Of a stretch of DNA of 64,000 bases, positions 10,320-18,528 are shown piece after piece (the stretch's first letter is position 1; the number at the start of each line of letters is the position of its first letter). This stretch comes from Candidatus Latescibacterota bacterium (GTDB taxonomy: Bacteria; Latescibacterota; UBA2968; GCA-2709665). The position numbers and the translations under genes are program-made. The stretch is taken from NCBI GenBank assembly GCA_965226795.1, contig CBDDDZ010000002.1, positions 384,001 to 448,000 on the forward strand, read 5' to 3'. Under the pieces are notes generated by a model that saw nothing but the letters and a program-made list of their open reading frames with translations, did no database searches and was not told where the DNA came from.

Positions 10320-10760
10320 TTAGTCAAACTCGAGCCCAGAAAATGCCCAATACAACAAAAAGAATGCGGTTGCCGAGACCGCCGCCAACACAACAAGGGT
10401 TTTCTCAGAATCAAATTTTCGAATTTCGATGCTCTCGATGTCAGAATAATGCAACGCTAACTCCCGGCTGACATTACCCGGGGCATAATACGTGAAAGTC
10501 GTTACTGTCAGCGACGTTAGACCGACCTTTTCAATAATACCTTCGATAACTTCACCCTTTGTCGGTCCGCGGGTACCGTCGCGAATTCTTATGCGTACAG
10601 CCATACCCTCTTTGAGTTTCCCCAGAACTTGCTCTAGCATCGAAGTCGGATTGTTATCCTCGGAGACCTCGTTCGCACGAACCAGGGGTCGCCATGTACT
10701 GCATCCGACCGTCTGTAACGCAATCGCTACGATCAGGACGATGCTGATGGCGCGCATCAT
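10320..10760 (-). CDS. Tandem lipoprotein array copy 6
   Basis: RBS, TVGC lipobox, paralogy. Confidence 0.88.
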   Translation of the reverse strand: MMRAISIVLIVAIALQTVGCSTWRPLVRANEVSEDNNPTSMLEQVLGKLKEGMAVRIRIRDGTRGPTKGEVIEGIIEKVGLTSLTVTTFTYYAPGNVSRELALHYSDIESIEIRKFDSEKTLVVLAAVSATAFFLLYWAFSGLEFD

Positions 10761-10934
10761 TCTAAAGCCTCCTCACATTGCAACAGAGTGGCGGAGTCGA
10801 TCTAGTCTCGCATGTGCGATTCGACTTCGCAGAGGTCAGGGAACCCTGAGTAGAAGTTCGTGCATCGGTCGCATATGGAGTGCGTCGCTATATCGGTCCT
10901 TCAGGTGTCACGGGCAGCTGTTGTTTTGGTCCAA

Positions 10935-11372
10935 CTAGAACCCCAAAAGTGCAAGGCGTAAGAGATAGTAACTCAATATCGTTCCGGCTGCAAGACCCGC
11001 CATAAAACCCTTCGATACACCGGAAGTTGCACGAAATTCAATACTCACGATGGAAGAATAATGCAACGTCACGTCCCAGCTTGTATTGATGATTCCATAA
11101 AACGTCTTAGGGATTACTGTCACCGACGATGGGCCGACCTTCTTAATGATTCCCTCGATAACTCGACCTCTGATCGGCGCAGGGGTATCCGGCCGAACCC
11201 TAATCCTTACGCGCATGCCCTCATTGAAATTCCAAGGAAATTGTCCTCGCATCGAAGACTTTCCGTTTTCGTCGGGGTCTTCGTTCACACGAGCCAGGGG
11301 CTGCCATGTACTACAACCGACCGTTTGCAGCGCAACCGCTGCGATCAGGACGACACTGATGGCGCGTATCAT
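10935..11372 (-). CDS. Tandem lipoprotein array copy 7
   Basis: RBS, TVGC lipobox, paralogy. Confidence 0.88.
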   Translation of the reverse strand: MIRAISVVLIAAVALQTVGCSTWQPLARVNEDPDENGKSSMRGQFPWNFNEGMRVRIRVRPDTPAPIRGRVIEGIIKKVGPSSVTVIPKTFYGIINTSWDVTLHYSSIVSIEFRATSGVSKGFMAGLAAGTILSYYLLRLALLGF

Positions 11373-11548
11373 TCTATAGTCTCCTCACATTTCGACAGAG
11401 TGACGGCGCTGTTCCAAGCCATGGGGGCAGTAATTCTTCTCGACTGCCAGGAAACGACGGACGCACGACTGAGAGGTGATCGCAAATGGGGTGCGTCGGC
11501 AATTATATTCTTCAGGAGCTCCTGCGTTGGCGTTATGTAAGTATTATT

Positions 11549-11983
11549 CTAACCCTGATGTCCGACAGCAAACAACACGAAGCCCAACCAAGCTCCGGCC
11601 GCCACCCCAATAGTGACGTGAGTTAAACCACGATTGAATTCGCGATTTTCGATGTACAAAATGTCAGCAAAATGCAACCTGAACTCTCTCTTGACCGTAC
11701 CGCGGACATGGTCCGTAATGGGGATCAGGGTCAGCGACTCTTGCCCGATCTCTTCAACTATGCAGTCGATTTCTTGCCCTTTGACCGGCGCAGGGGTACC
11801 CTCGCGAATTGTTATTCTTACAGCCATACCTTCCTTGAGTTTCCCCATAAGTTGCTCACGCATATAGGTCAGTCTGTCATCCTCCGGTACCTCGTTCGCG
11901 CGAGCCAGGGGTCGCCAGGTACTGCATCCGACCGTCTGTAACGCAATCGCTACGATCAGGACGTTGCTGACTGAGCGTATCAT
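11549..11983 (-). CDS. Tandem lipoprotein array copy 8 (first in transcription order)
   Basis: RBS GAGGAG, TVGC lipobox, paralogy. Confidence 0.88.
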   Translation of the reverse strand: MIRSVSNVLIVAIALQTVGCSTWRPLARANEVPEDDRLTYMREQLMGKLKEGMAVRITIREGTPAPVKGQEIDCIVEEIGQESLTLIPITDHVRGTVKREFRLHFADILYIENREFNRGLTHVTIGVAAGAWLGFVLFAVGHQG

Positions 11984-12245
11984 TCTGTTGTCTCCTCAGT
12001 TCGTGGGAATACGACAATTCCATAGATCATCGAATCGGCCATTCGTGTGTGTTGGCCGACGGACATCGCGGCGTGAATTCGGGCGTCTAGTCGACGCCTA
12101 AAATTCGAACGGGCGCGGCAGGTTTCACGTAACGTCCTTTGGATGATGGGTTTTCGGTGCGCTCATTGGGGTCAGTACTATCGCCCAAATTGAACAGTAC
12201 TCCCGCTGCTGATTCGATAAGCAGGACATCCGAGATTTTCTACGC

Positions 12246-12282
12246 AATAACGCTTGACGTTATTACCCGAAGTCGCTATGCT
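12246..12282 (+). promoter_or_regulatory. higBA sigma70 promoter with overlapping operator palindrome
   Basis: TTGACG(12254)-17 nt-TATGCT(12277). Inverted repeat AATAACG-N5-CGTTATT at 12246-12264. The GTG start lies 6 nt after -10, so the transcript is likely leaderless. Confidence 0.75.
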
Positions 12283-12288
12283 TAACGA

Positions 12289-12571
12289 GTGATCAGATCC
12301 TTCAAGGACATGGAAGCCGAGAGGATATTTCACGGCAGGTTTTCCACCAGGTTACCGCACGATATTCAGCAAAACAGCCGCACGCAAGCTTGAGCCGTTA
12401 AACGCCGCGACGATCCTTGATACCCTTCGAATTCCTCCTGGCAACCGACTTGAAGCGTTATCCCACGATCGACATGGGCAGTATAGCATTCGCATTAACG
12501 ATCAGTGGCGTGTGTATTTCGTGTGGCGTGACGATAATGCCTTTGACGTGGAGATCGTCGATTATCATTAA
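12289..12571 (+). pseudogene. higB: HigB (RelE-family) toxin with a +1 frameshift
   Basis: MIRSFKD..., and after removing one A of the run at 12371-12374: ARKL..LRIPPGNRLEAL..GQYSIRINDQWR..EIVDYH*. Span 283 = 3n+1. Confidence 0.9.
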
Positions 12572-12580
12572 GGAGAGACA

Positions 12581-12880
12581 ATGACCACGCGCGACTTTCC
12601 GCCGATCCATCCGGGTGAGATCCTGTTCGAAGATTTCCTCAAGCCGATGCAGATGAGTCAATATCACCTGGCTAAGGCAATCAATGTGCCGCCACGCCGC
12701 ATCAATGAAATCATTCACGGGAAGCGGCGCATCACTGCAGATACGGCCTTGAGACTGGGCCGCTTCTTTTCAATGGAAGCACAGTTCTGGATGAATCTGC
12801 AAACCCGGCACGACCTTGAAACTGCCCGCGATACCCTGTCTGGCAGGCTGGATCGCGAGGTCCGCATACACACGGCTTAG
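12581..12880 (+). CDS. higA: HigA antitoxin (XRE-family HTH)
   Basis: PIHPGEIL..RINEIIHGKRRITADTALRL..FWMNLQ, RBS AAGGAG. Confidence 0.95.
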   Translation: MTTRDFPPIHPGEILFEDFLKPMQMSQYHLAKAINVPPRRINEIIHGKRRITADTALRLGRFFSMEAQFWMNLQTRHDLETARDTLSGRLDREVRIHTA

Positions 12881-12939
12881 AGGAATCCCGGTGAGCTTGG
12901 AATCCAATTTGCTCTCTGGTTTTTCTGCCCTCTTCCGTT

Positions 12940-13851
12940 TCACGTCTCCCCGCATTTACCCTCCATCCCACGCACCGGATACGTCTCTCTGAACCTCTGA
13001 AATTCCATCCATGCATGGTCCGCCGCGTACCCGTTGGGAACCGCCTCGGTTCTTTCGGGGCGCTTGTAAACCACCCGGACGTGAAGCGTTACTGGTTCAT
13101 CCACCCTGAGTCCACCCACCTCCCACGCAAAATCCCAGGCCGGGCTGCTCTGGTCTGGCAGCAACGATTGCCCTGCGCCCGAAGGTGATATGTAGAACCT
13201 GAAGCCGGGATAGTCGTCCGCCATAATCTGGAACATCATCCCGCGGATCATCCCGAAATAGAACGGATAATCAAACGTACGTCCGGAATCCGAGTGGCTG
13301 AAGTTTCGCTGTCCATCCAGAAATGCCGTGGCCGGATCCCTTCCCCAGGGTTCCCGATCGGCCACGTCCGGATCGGTGGGAAAAATCATCGCACCCTGTC
13401 CGTGTACCGGATTGAAATAGTAGGTCCACAGACCCTTTTCGATAAAATGGATACCCTTTTCTGTTGGGGAATTTACATAACAGCACCAGCTGAAAGACGT
13501 GCGGTCCTGCGTCCGGTGCCCGGACCGGGCAGTCGCCGTCATCTCGTAATCGATATAGTGCGGCGCTTGGAGGCGATACGTCCCCCGCGTTTCCACGCAG
13601 TTGTTCGCCTCACATGCCTCATTGAACAGTTCGACCGACACGCCGTCTACCCGCCACACCGAAGGCCGCGTGCCTCTGTGGTGGCCGAAAAGCAGCACGC
13701 CGTTCCCCTGGGACACGGCCGTATGCCTGTCCTTGATCGACGTCAGAAACCAGACCCCGCTGTGTTCGTCCTTTCCTGCACCATGGTCCGTATCGTCCCC
13801 CACAATCGCCCGCAACTCTCCGGCGGATATGAAGTAACAGTGTTCACTCAC
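12940..13851 (-). CDS. Hypothetical protein (aromatic-rich, probably beta-rich)
   Basis: GTG start at 13851 with RBS AAGGAG, 303 aa, no recognisable motif. Confidence 0.75.
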   Translation of the reverse strand: MSEHCYFISAGELRAIVGDDTDHGAGKDEHSGVWFLTSIKDRHTAVSQGNGVLLFGHHRGTRPSVWRVDGVSVELFNEACEANNCVETRGTYRLQAPHYIDYEMTATARSGHRTQDRTSFSWCCYVNSPTEKGIHFIEKGLWTYYFNPVHGQGAMIFPTDPDVADREPWGRDPATAFLDGQRNFSHSDSGRTFDYPFYFGMIRGMMFQIMADDYPGFRFYISPSGAGQSLLPDQSSPAWDFAWEVGGLRVDEPVTLHVRVVYKRPERTEAVPNGYAADHAWMEFQRFRETYPVRGMEGKCGET

Positions 13852-13945
13852 GATATTCTCCTTGTCTTGTCTGAACCGCGTTGACGTCGCCGCGTTACGT
13901 TGCTCGCGGGCCGGGCGTCGTGCCAATTTTCTCTTCGGACGCCCG

Positions 13946-15439
13946 CTAAAATCGATACGTTGCGACAGCGGATAAGCTACCGTTTCTTCGGGGCGCCAGG
14001 CCGACCGAGAAAGCGGGTGCGCCAGGCAGTTCTCGTGAAATCTGGGACGTGATCGTTGCAGCAATAGTCGTTACAGAGATGTACCCGAGCCATACCTTTG
14101 CAATCCCGGCGTATCCACCCGGCGTGTTCATGAGGACAACAGTGGAAACCGCAGCGCACCCTAACATGCTTCCCGCGAATGTATGTTTGTATCGGTCCCT
14201 GGGATCTAATTTGCTAACAACCCAGGCTGTTGCAGCGGCATGAAGAATGGCGGGTGGGATGACCTCCTTTACCGAAGGATCGGGCGTATTCCCGCCGTAA
14301 AGGTCCGGGTAGTGAATCAGAGCCACGGGTGCGGCCGTAATGGCACCAAATACCGTCCCGAAAATTAACTTTGCGGCGATGCGCTCACCAGAGGCAGCAT
14401 CGCGTCCTGAAGCAAACTCGAAGTAATTTCTCGCTCTTTGAAGGTCCCGCTGATCTCTTGAGACGATGACGGTCACGACGTCATCATAGGCTATTTCCAA
14501 TTTTTCTGGTTGCGCCCAAGTGGCCTTGCCGCCGACCCGGTATTGAATCACAATGCGATCGGCAAATCTGTCAACGATCCTTCCGGTTGCTTTCCGTTTT
14601 GCGCCGCCGGAAACGTAGACGACGTGAACGTACAATCCCTCATTGAGTATAGAAGGGTTCAGGTCCCAGCGTGACATTCTGACGATGCCGCTCTGCGTCC
14701 ACCGCCGCCACCTCTCCACGGCCTGTAAGGTTTTAGCGAATGCGAGTGTGTCGATTTGCGTAGTCTCTATTTTCCACGTTTCCGGCTGTTCGGCCCCTGA
14801 TTTAATCACAATGCCATCCGCATCTATCTCCAGAACCTTTCCGGATGCGGTCCTATTGAGACCTCGCCACGTGTAGACCACGTGTGCATACGATCCGGTC
14901 GCGAGTTTCGAAAGGTCGAGATCTTTACGGGACATGACAGTGATTTTCTCCGCGGCCTGTCTTGCCTCTCGCCACGTTTCCAGCGTGAGCCGATCTTCCG
15001 CGATGGCGAGCATGTCGATGTCGCCAATCGCTATTTTTCCCGTTTCCGATGGCGTGGTCCCGGCTTCAATCACGAGACCATCCGGATCTATCCGCGAAAT
15101 AACGCCCCATGCCGCCCCTTCGATCCCTTCCGTCGTGTATACAACATGCGCATAGGATCCCGTCTTAAGCGTCGAGGGGTCCACTTCTCCGCGCGACATC
15201 ACGGTGATGCCCGTCTCCCCGCTCCGACTGCCGGACCGCTCCTTCTTATCCGCCCCACGATCGTCTTCGGTGTCCTGCTTGTCATTCGCAAATTCTCCGC
15301 GGGACGCGGTACGCGTCGAATTAAATGGCACGTTGCCAGCTGTCTCCGCAGGGGACAGTTGTCGTGCGGCGTCCGAACCGGTCGGAGCGGAGATGGTCGC
15401 TAGGATGGCTGCGAGCAACAACAGCGCGGATGACTTCAT
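13946..15439 (-). CDS. Secreted repeat protein: 3 internal ~85-aa repeats, hydrophobic helices, C-terminal ..SAVATYRF
   Basis: Signal peptide MKSSALLLLAA; motif G(S/L)Y(A/V)HVVY..G..A.G.(I/V) three times. Confidence 0.88.
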   Translation of the reverse strand: MKSSALLLLAAILATISAPTGSDAARQLSPAETAGNVPFNSTRTASRGEFANDKQDTEDDRGADKKERSGSRSGETGITVMSRGEVDPSTLKTGSYAHVVYTTEGIEGAAWGVISRIDPDGLVIEAGTTPSETGKIAIGDIDMLAIAEDRLTLETWREARQAAEKITVMSRKDLDLSKLATGSYAHVVYTWRGLNRTASGKVLEIDADGIVIKSGAEQPETWKIETTQIDTLAFAKTLQAVERWRRWTQSGIVRMSRWDLNPSILNEGLYVHVVYVSGGAKRKATGRIVDRFADRIVIQYRVGGKATWAQPEKLEIAYDDVVTVIVSRDQRDLQRARNYFEFASGRDAASGERIAAKLIFGTVFGAITAAPVALIHYPDLYGGNTPDPSVKEVIPPAILHAAATAWVVSKLDPRDRYKHTFAGSMLGCAAVSTVVLMNTPGGYAGIAKVWLGYISVTTIAATITSQISRELPGAPAFSVGLAPRRNGSLSAVATYRF

Positions 15440-15583
15440 GGATTCTCCTCGTTGAAATATTCGGCGTACTGTTTTTGTCGTGGTAGGTTAGAAGCAACTC
15501 TCAGCAGTCAGCTCTATTCGCGAATCAATCAACTCCACCCCCGCACAGTGGCGTGTCGAGCCGTTGAGGAAGCACGTGTGAAG

Positions 15584-15958
15584 GTGGGGCAGACATTCCT
15601 GTCTGCCGTTCTCATCGCCGGTCTCTCGGAATGCAGGCAGAAGAAGGGCTTCCGCCGCTTGTATAGCGTAGGGGCGACCGGCCGGTCGCCCCTACGCGTG
15701 GTCGCGCAGTCGGGCCTTTGCTGGGTTTTCCGCGATCGAGCGGACGAAGCGCCAATACTGTCTTTCGCTGCGTACCATGTGGTAATAGAATTCCTCGAGC
15801 CGGAACGTCTCGGTGACACCCGTGAGTTTAAGTTGATCCAATAGATGGCGCCGTCCCTCTTCGAGTGGGGGAGACGGCGGCGACTCGTGGCGTGCCCGGT
15901 CACAGGATTCTGAGATTTCGGTTTGATGTCTATGAGCAGACAAGAATGTCTGCTCCAC
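15584..15958 (-). mobile_element. Internally deleted REP-associated tyrosine transposase (RAYT) remnant flanked by inverted REPs
   Basis: Fragments RRRLPH..GAIYWI and TFRL/EEFYYHMVRSE..IAENPAKARL. REPs at 15584-15607 and 15934-15958 (inverted), plus perfect palindrome GTAGGGGCGACCGGCCGGTCGCCCCTAC at 15668-15695. Confidence 0.72.
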
Positions 15959-16069
15959 CTTTTCAAGCTTTTGTCCGAATTATCGCTTGCGAGCAGCAAA
16001 TCTTGCGTCTTTCTTCTCACCGCATTTCCCGTCTTTTCTCCGGTCTCCCCTCTTGCCTCTCACCGCCTT

Positions 16070-16690
16070 TTAGAATTCGAACGAGAGCGCGGCGCGTATA
16101 CCTCGGTTCTGTGTGTAGGCGACGTTCGGCTTGAGACCGTGTGGGGAGACTTCGACCCATTTGTCAGACTTGGTTACCGCACCAATGAGAGTGGAAGACA
16201 GAAAAATCGCGGCTGATGCAGACCTGAGATCCAGTATATCCGCTTCGTCCAGAAAAACCCCTGGGAAGAAATAGGCGCCCGCTAGAACAACACCAAATAA
16301 CATTCCTTTTGCCGTGTTTCTGGACCGTTTGATGCTGACTTCGAAATTCTCAACTGAAGACAGCGGCATTCGTTCTTCCCGACCCCGTTCGGATAGGATA
16401 ACAAGTGCGTGTTGATTTACACGGACAAACCGGCCGATGATCGGGCTTTTCGAGATCATCGGCGCTTCGACTCGAACTCTGGCCCTTTCTTTGTGAAGCC
16501 AACGCTCCACAACGCTTTGATCCTTCGAGTCTTTTTTGTAACGCTCGTTGCTATTTGATGAGGGAATGGTAAACCGCCCCGTGATGGGTTCGACCCGCGC
16601 GCCCTTCCGTCGCCCGGATGCACAAGAGAGAACTGGGACCATAATCTGAAAAAGCAGGCTCGCGATCAAAACTACGGCGGTTGACTTCAT
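16070..16690 (-). CDS. Secreted paralog, short form (C-terminal module only), ends RGIRAALSFEF
   Basis: Signal peptide; shares RVRxxAP..GRF..FEVS..RNTxKG..TLIGA..WVEV with the next two genes. Confidence 0.88.
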   Translation of the reverse strand: MKSTAVVLIASLLFQIMVPVLSCASGRRKGARVEPITGRFTIPSSNSNERYKKDSKDQSVVERWLHKERARVRVEAPMISKSPIIGRFVRVNQHALVILSERGREERMPLSSVENFEVSIKRSRNTAKGMLFGVVLAGAYFFPGVFLDEADILDLRSASAAIFLSSTLIGAVTKSDKWVEVSPHGLKPNVAYTQNRGIRAALSFEF

Positions 16691-16894
16691 GGACCCACCT
16701 CTTTGAAATACTCTGCCTACTGCTCTTGTTGACGCAGGTTAGAGGTAAGAGGGTAGAAGGAAGAGGAAAACGCGGTAAACTTGAAGCGCGAGAGATCCCT
16801 GTCGCACCTTTCGTTCTTGGTTTTTTCTCACATCTTACTTCTCCCCGTCTTTTGCGGTTTTTCTACCCTCTTCCGTCTCCCCTCTCAACGCCTT

Positions 16895-18115
16895 TTAGAA
16901 TTCGAATGACACCGCGGCTCCCAGTCCTCTGTTCTTTGAGGGGTCGACGTTAACGTTGAGACCCTTGATTGGAACGTCAACCCATCTGTCGGATTCGATC
17001 CCGGCCCCTATGAGAGTCGAAAGGGCAACTATGGGCAGAGATATGCAAAACCCTGTATATACTGTTCGCAACCACCTATGTCTCCCGGAACTCTTTGCGT
17101 CAACATAAACGACGGGAGCAAGGACACCTAGTCCCAGCAGAAAACCGATTCCCAAACCCTTTATTGTATTTCGATTGCGACCGATGTTTATTTCGAAATT
17201 GTCGATCGAATATATGGGTACCCTGAAGACTTCGTGCCTGGATAGGCCGACGCCAATAACGAGCGTATCCTGACTCACATCAAGCAGCCTGCCAACCAAT
17301 GATTTAGCGTCAGACCCCCTATTCGCGGACCTCGACGCGTTGAATCGGATCCTGGGATTCAACGGCAGGTGTCGTATGACTTGCCTCGCATGTCTCCATC
17401 CCGTTATGTCGCCCCGATTCTCCGCGGCAACGACGATAACTATATCGTCGTGTGCAATTCTTCCATCTGCCCAGAATTGGTCCCCACCCGCGTAATTGGA
17501 TCGGATCACAACATGTTCCGCGTCAATATCGGTTATCTTGGTCAGTCTGGCTCTCGTTCCATCCTCGAATTTATAGACCAAGTACGCATGCCAACCCTTT
17601 TTGAGCTTCGACAGGTCAAGATTGCCCTGTGACATTATGAGGAAGCGGCCTTGTGCACGCCTCTGCCATCTTTCAAGCGCTCGCCGGTCTTTGGCGACCA
17701 CGAGTGTGTCTATGTCGGCATATTGTACTTTTTCTTTTCTCGGGACTGTTGACGTTGATTTAATCCCAATACCGTCCGGGTAATTGTCGAAGATGACGCC
17801 GGTTGCCGTGCCGGAGGCGCCTTCCTTCCTGTGGATCACGTGCGAGTAGAAGCCCTTCGTTACTTTCGATAGATCCAGGTGCCGCCGTGACATCACCCAA
17901 ACATCCATCTCATACAGCGATCTTATGATCCTTGCCGCATTCTGCGCTGCGCGATCTTCCTCCGACCGCTGCCTGCTCTGAATACTGCCGGCCGCTTTCG
18001 GCCAATCGACGCCATCAGTCTCCTCGCCTTGAAGTTCCTGCGCGGCTATCGAAAAGCCCGGCACCAGGATCTCAATCAACATAATTGCGATCAATGTTAC
18101 GGCGGTTGGCTTCAT
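16895..18115 (-). CDS. Secreted paralog, 2 repeats plus C-terminal module, ends RGLGAAVSFEF
   Basis: Signal peptide; LDLSKxxKG repeats. Confidence 0.88.
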   Translation of the reverse strand: MKPTAVTLIAIMLIEILVPGFSIAAQELQGEETDGVDWPKAAGSIQSRQRSEEDRAAQNAARIIRSLYEMDVWVMSRRHLDLSKVTKGFYSHVIHRKEGASGTATGVIFDNYPDGIGIKSTSTVPRKEKVQYADIDTLVVAKDRRALERWQRRAQGRFLIMSQGNLDLSKLKKGWHAYLVYKFEDGTRARLTKITDIDAEHVVIRSNYAGGDQFWADGRIAHDDIVIVVAAENRGDITGWRHARQVIRHLPLNPRIRFNASRSANRGSDAKSLVGRLLDVSQDTLVIGVGLSRHEVFRVPIYSIDNFEINIGRNRNTIKGLGIGFLLGLGVLAPVVYVDAKSSGRHRWLRTVYTGFCISLPIVALSTLIGAGIESDRWVDVPIKGLNVNVDPSKNRGLGAAVSFEF

Positions 18116-18528
18116 GGATTCACCTCGTTGAAATAGGCTTCGTACTGTCCTCGTCGATGAAGGTAAGAAGTAAGAAGGAAGAGGCGGTCGCCTAGTGGCG
18201 GCGGATCGGTAAAATCCCTATCGTGCCATTCGCGAGCGGGGCAGGCTCAGCCCCGGCCCATGTTCCCTGGCAAAGTGCACTACGAGGTGGGGCTCATTCT
18301 CCCGTCTTCTGTCTCCCGTTTCCCCGCATCTCGGATTTTCCTCCCCTCTCACCTCTCCCCTCTCCCCGCGTTCCTGCTTTTTTCTACCGTCTCCCGTCTA
18401 CCTTCTCCCCGTCTTTGCGGTTTTTCTACCCTCTTCTGTCTCACGTCTCCCCGCATTTGGCGTCTTGCCATTTAGGCTGTTGACCTTTCGACATAGTAAT
18501 AGCGACATCCGGGCGCCCTGGCACACGC

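Noticed and set aside
7741..11548. Small conserved ORFs in the array spacers
   Set aside because: Frames and stops differ between the copies examined; no shared start or RBS.
7318..12880. Integron cassette array (periodic genes plus a TA module)
   Set aside because: Spacers lack consistent RYYYAAC...GTTRRRY attC ends and obvious long palindromes. The genes are paralogs and there is no integrase in the window. IntegronFinder would settle it.
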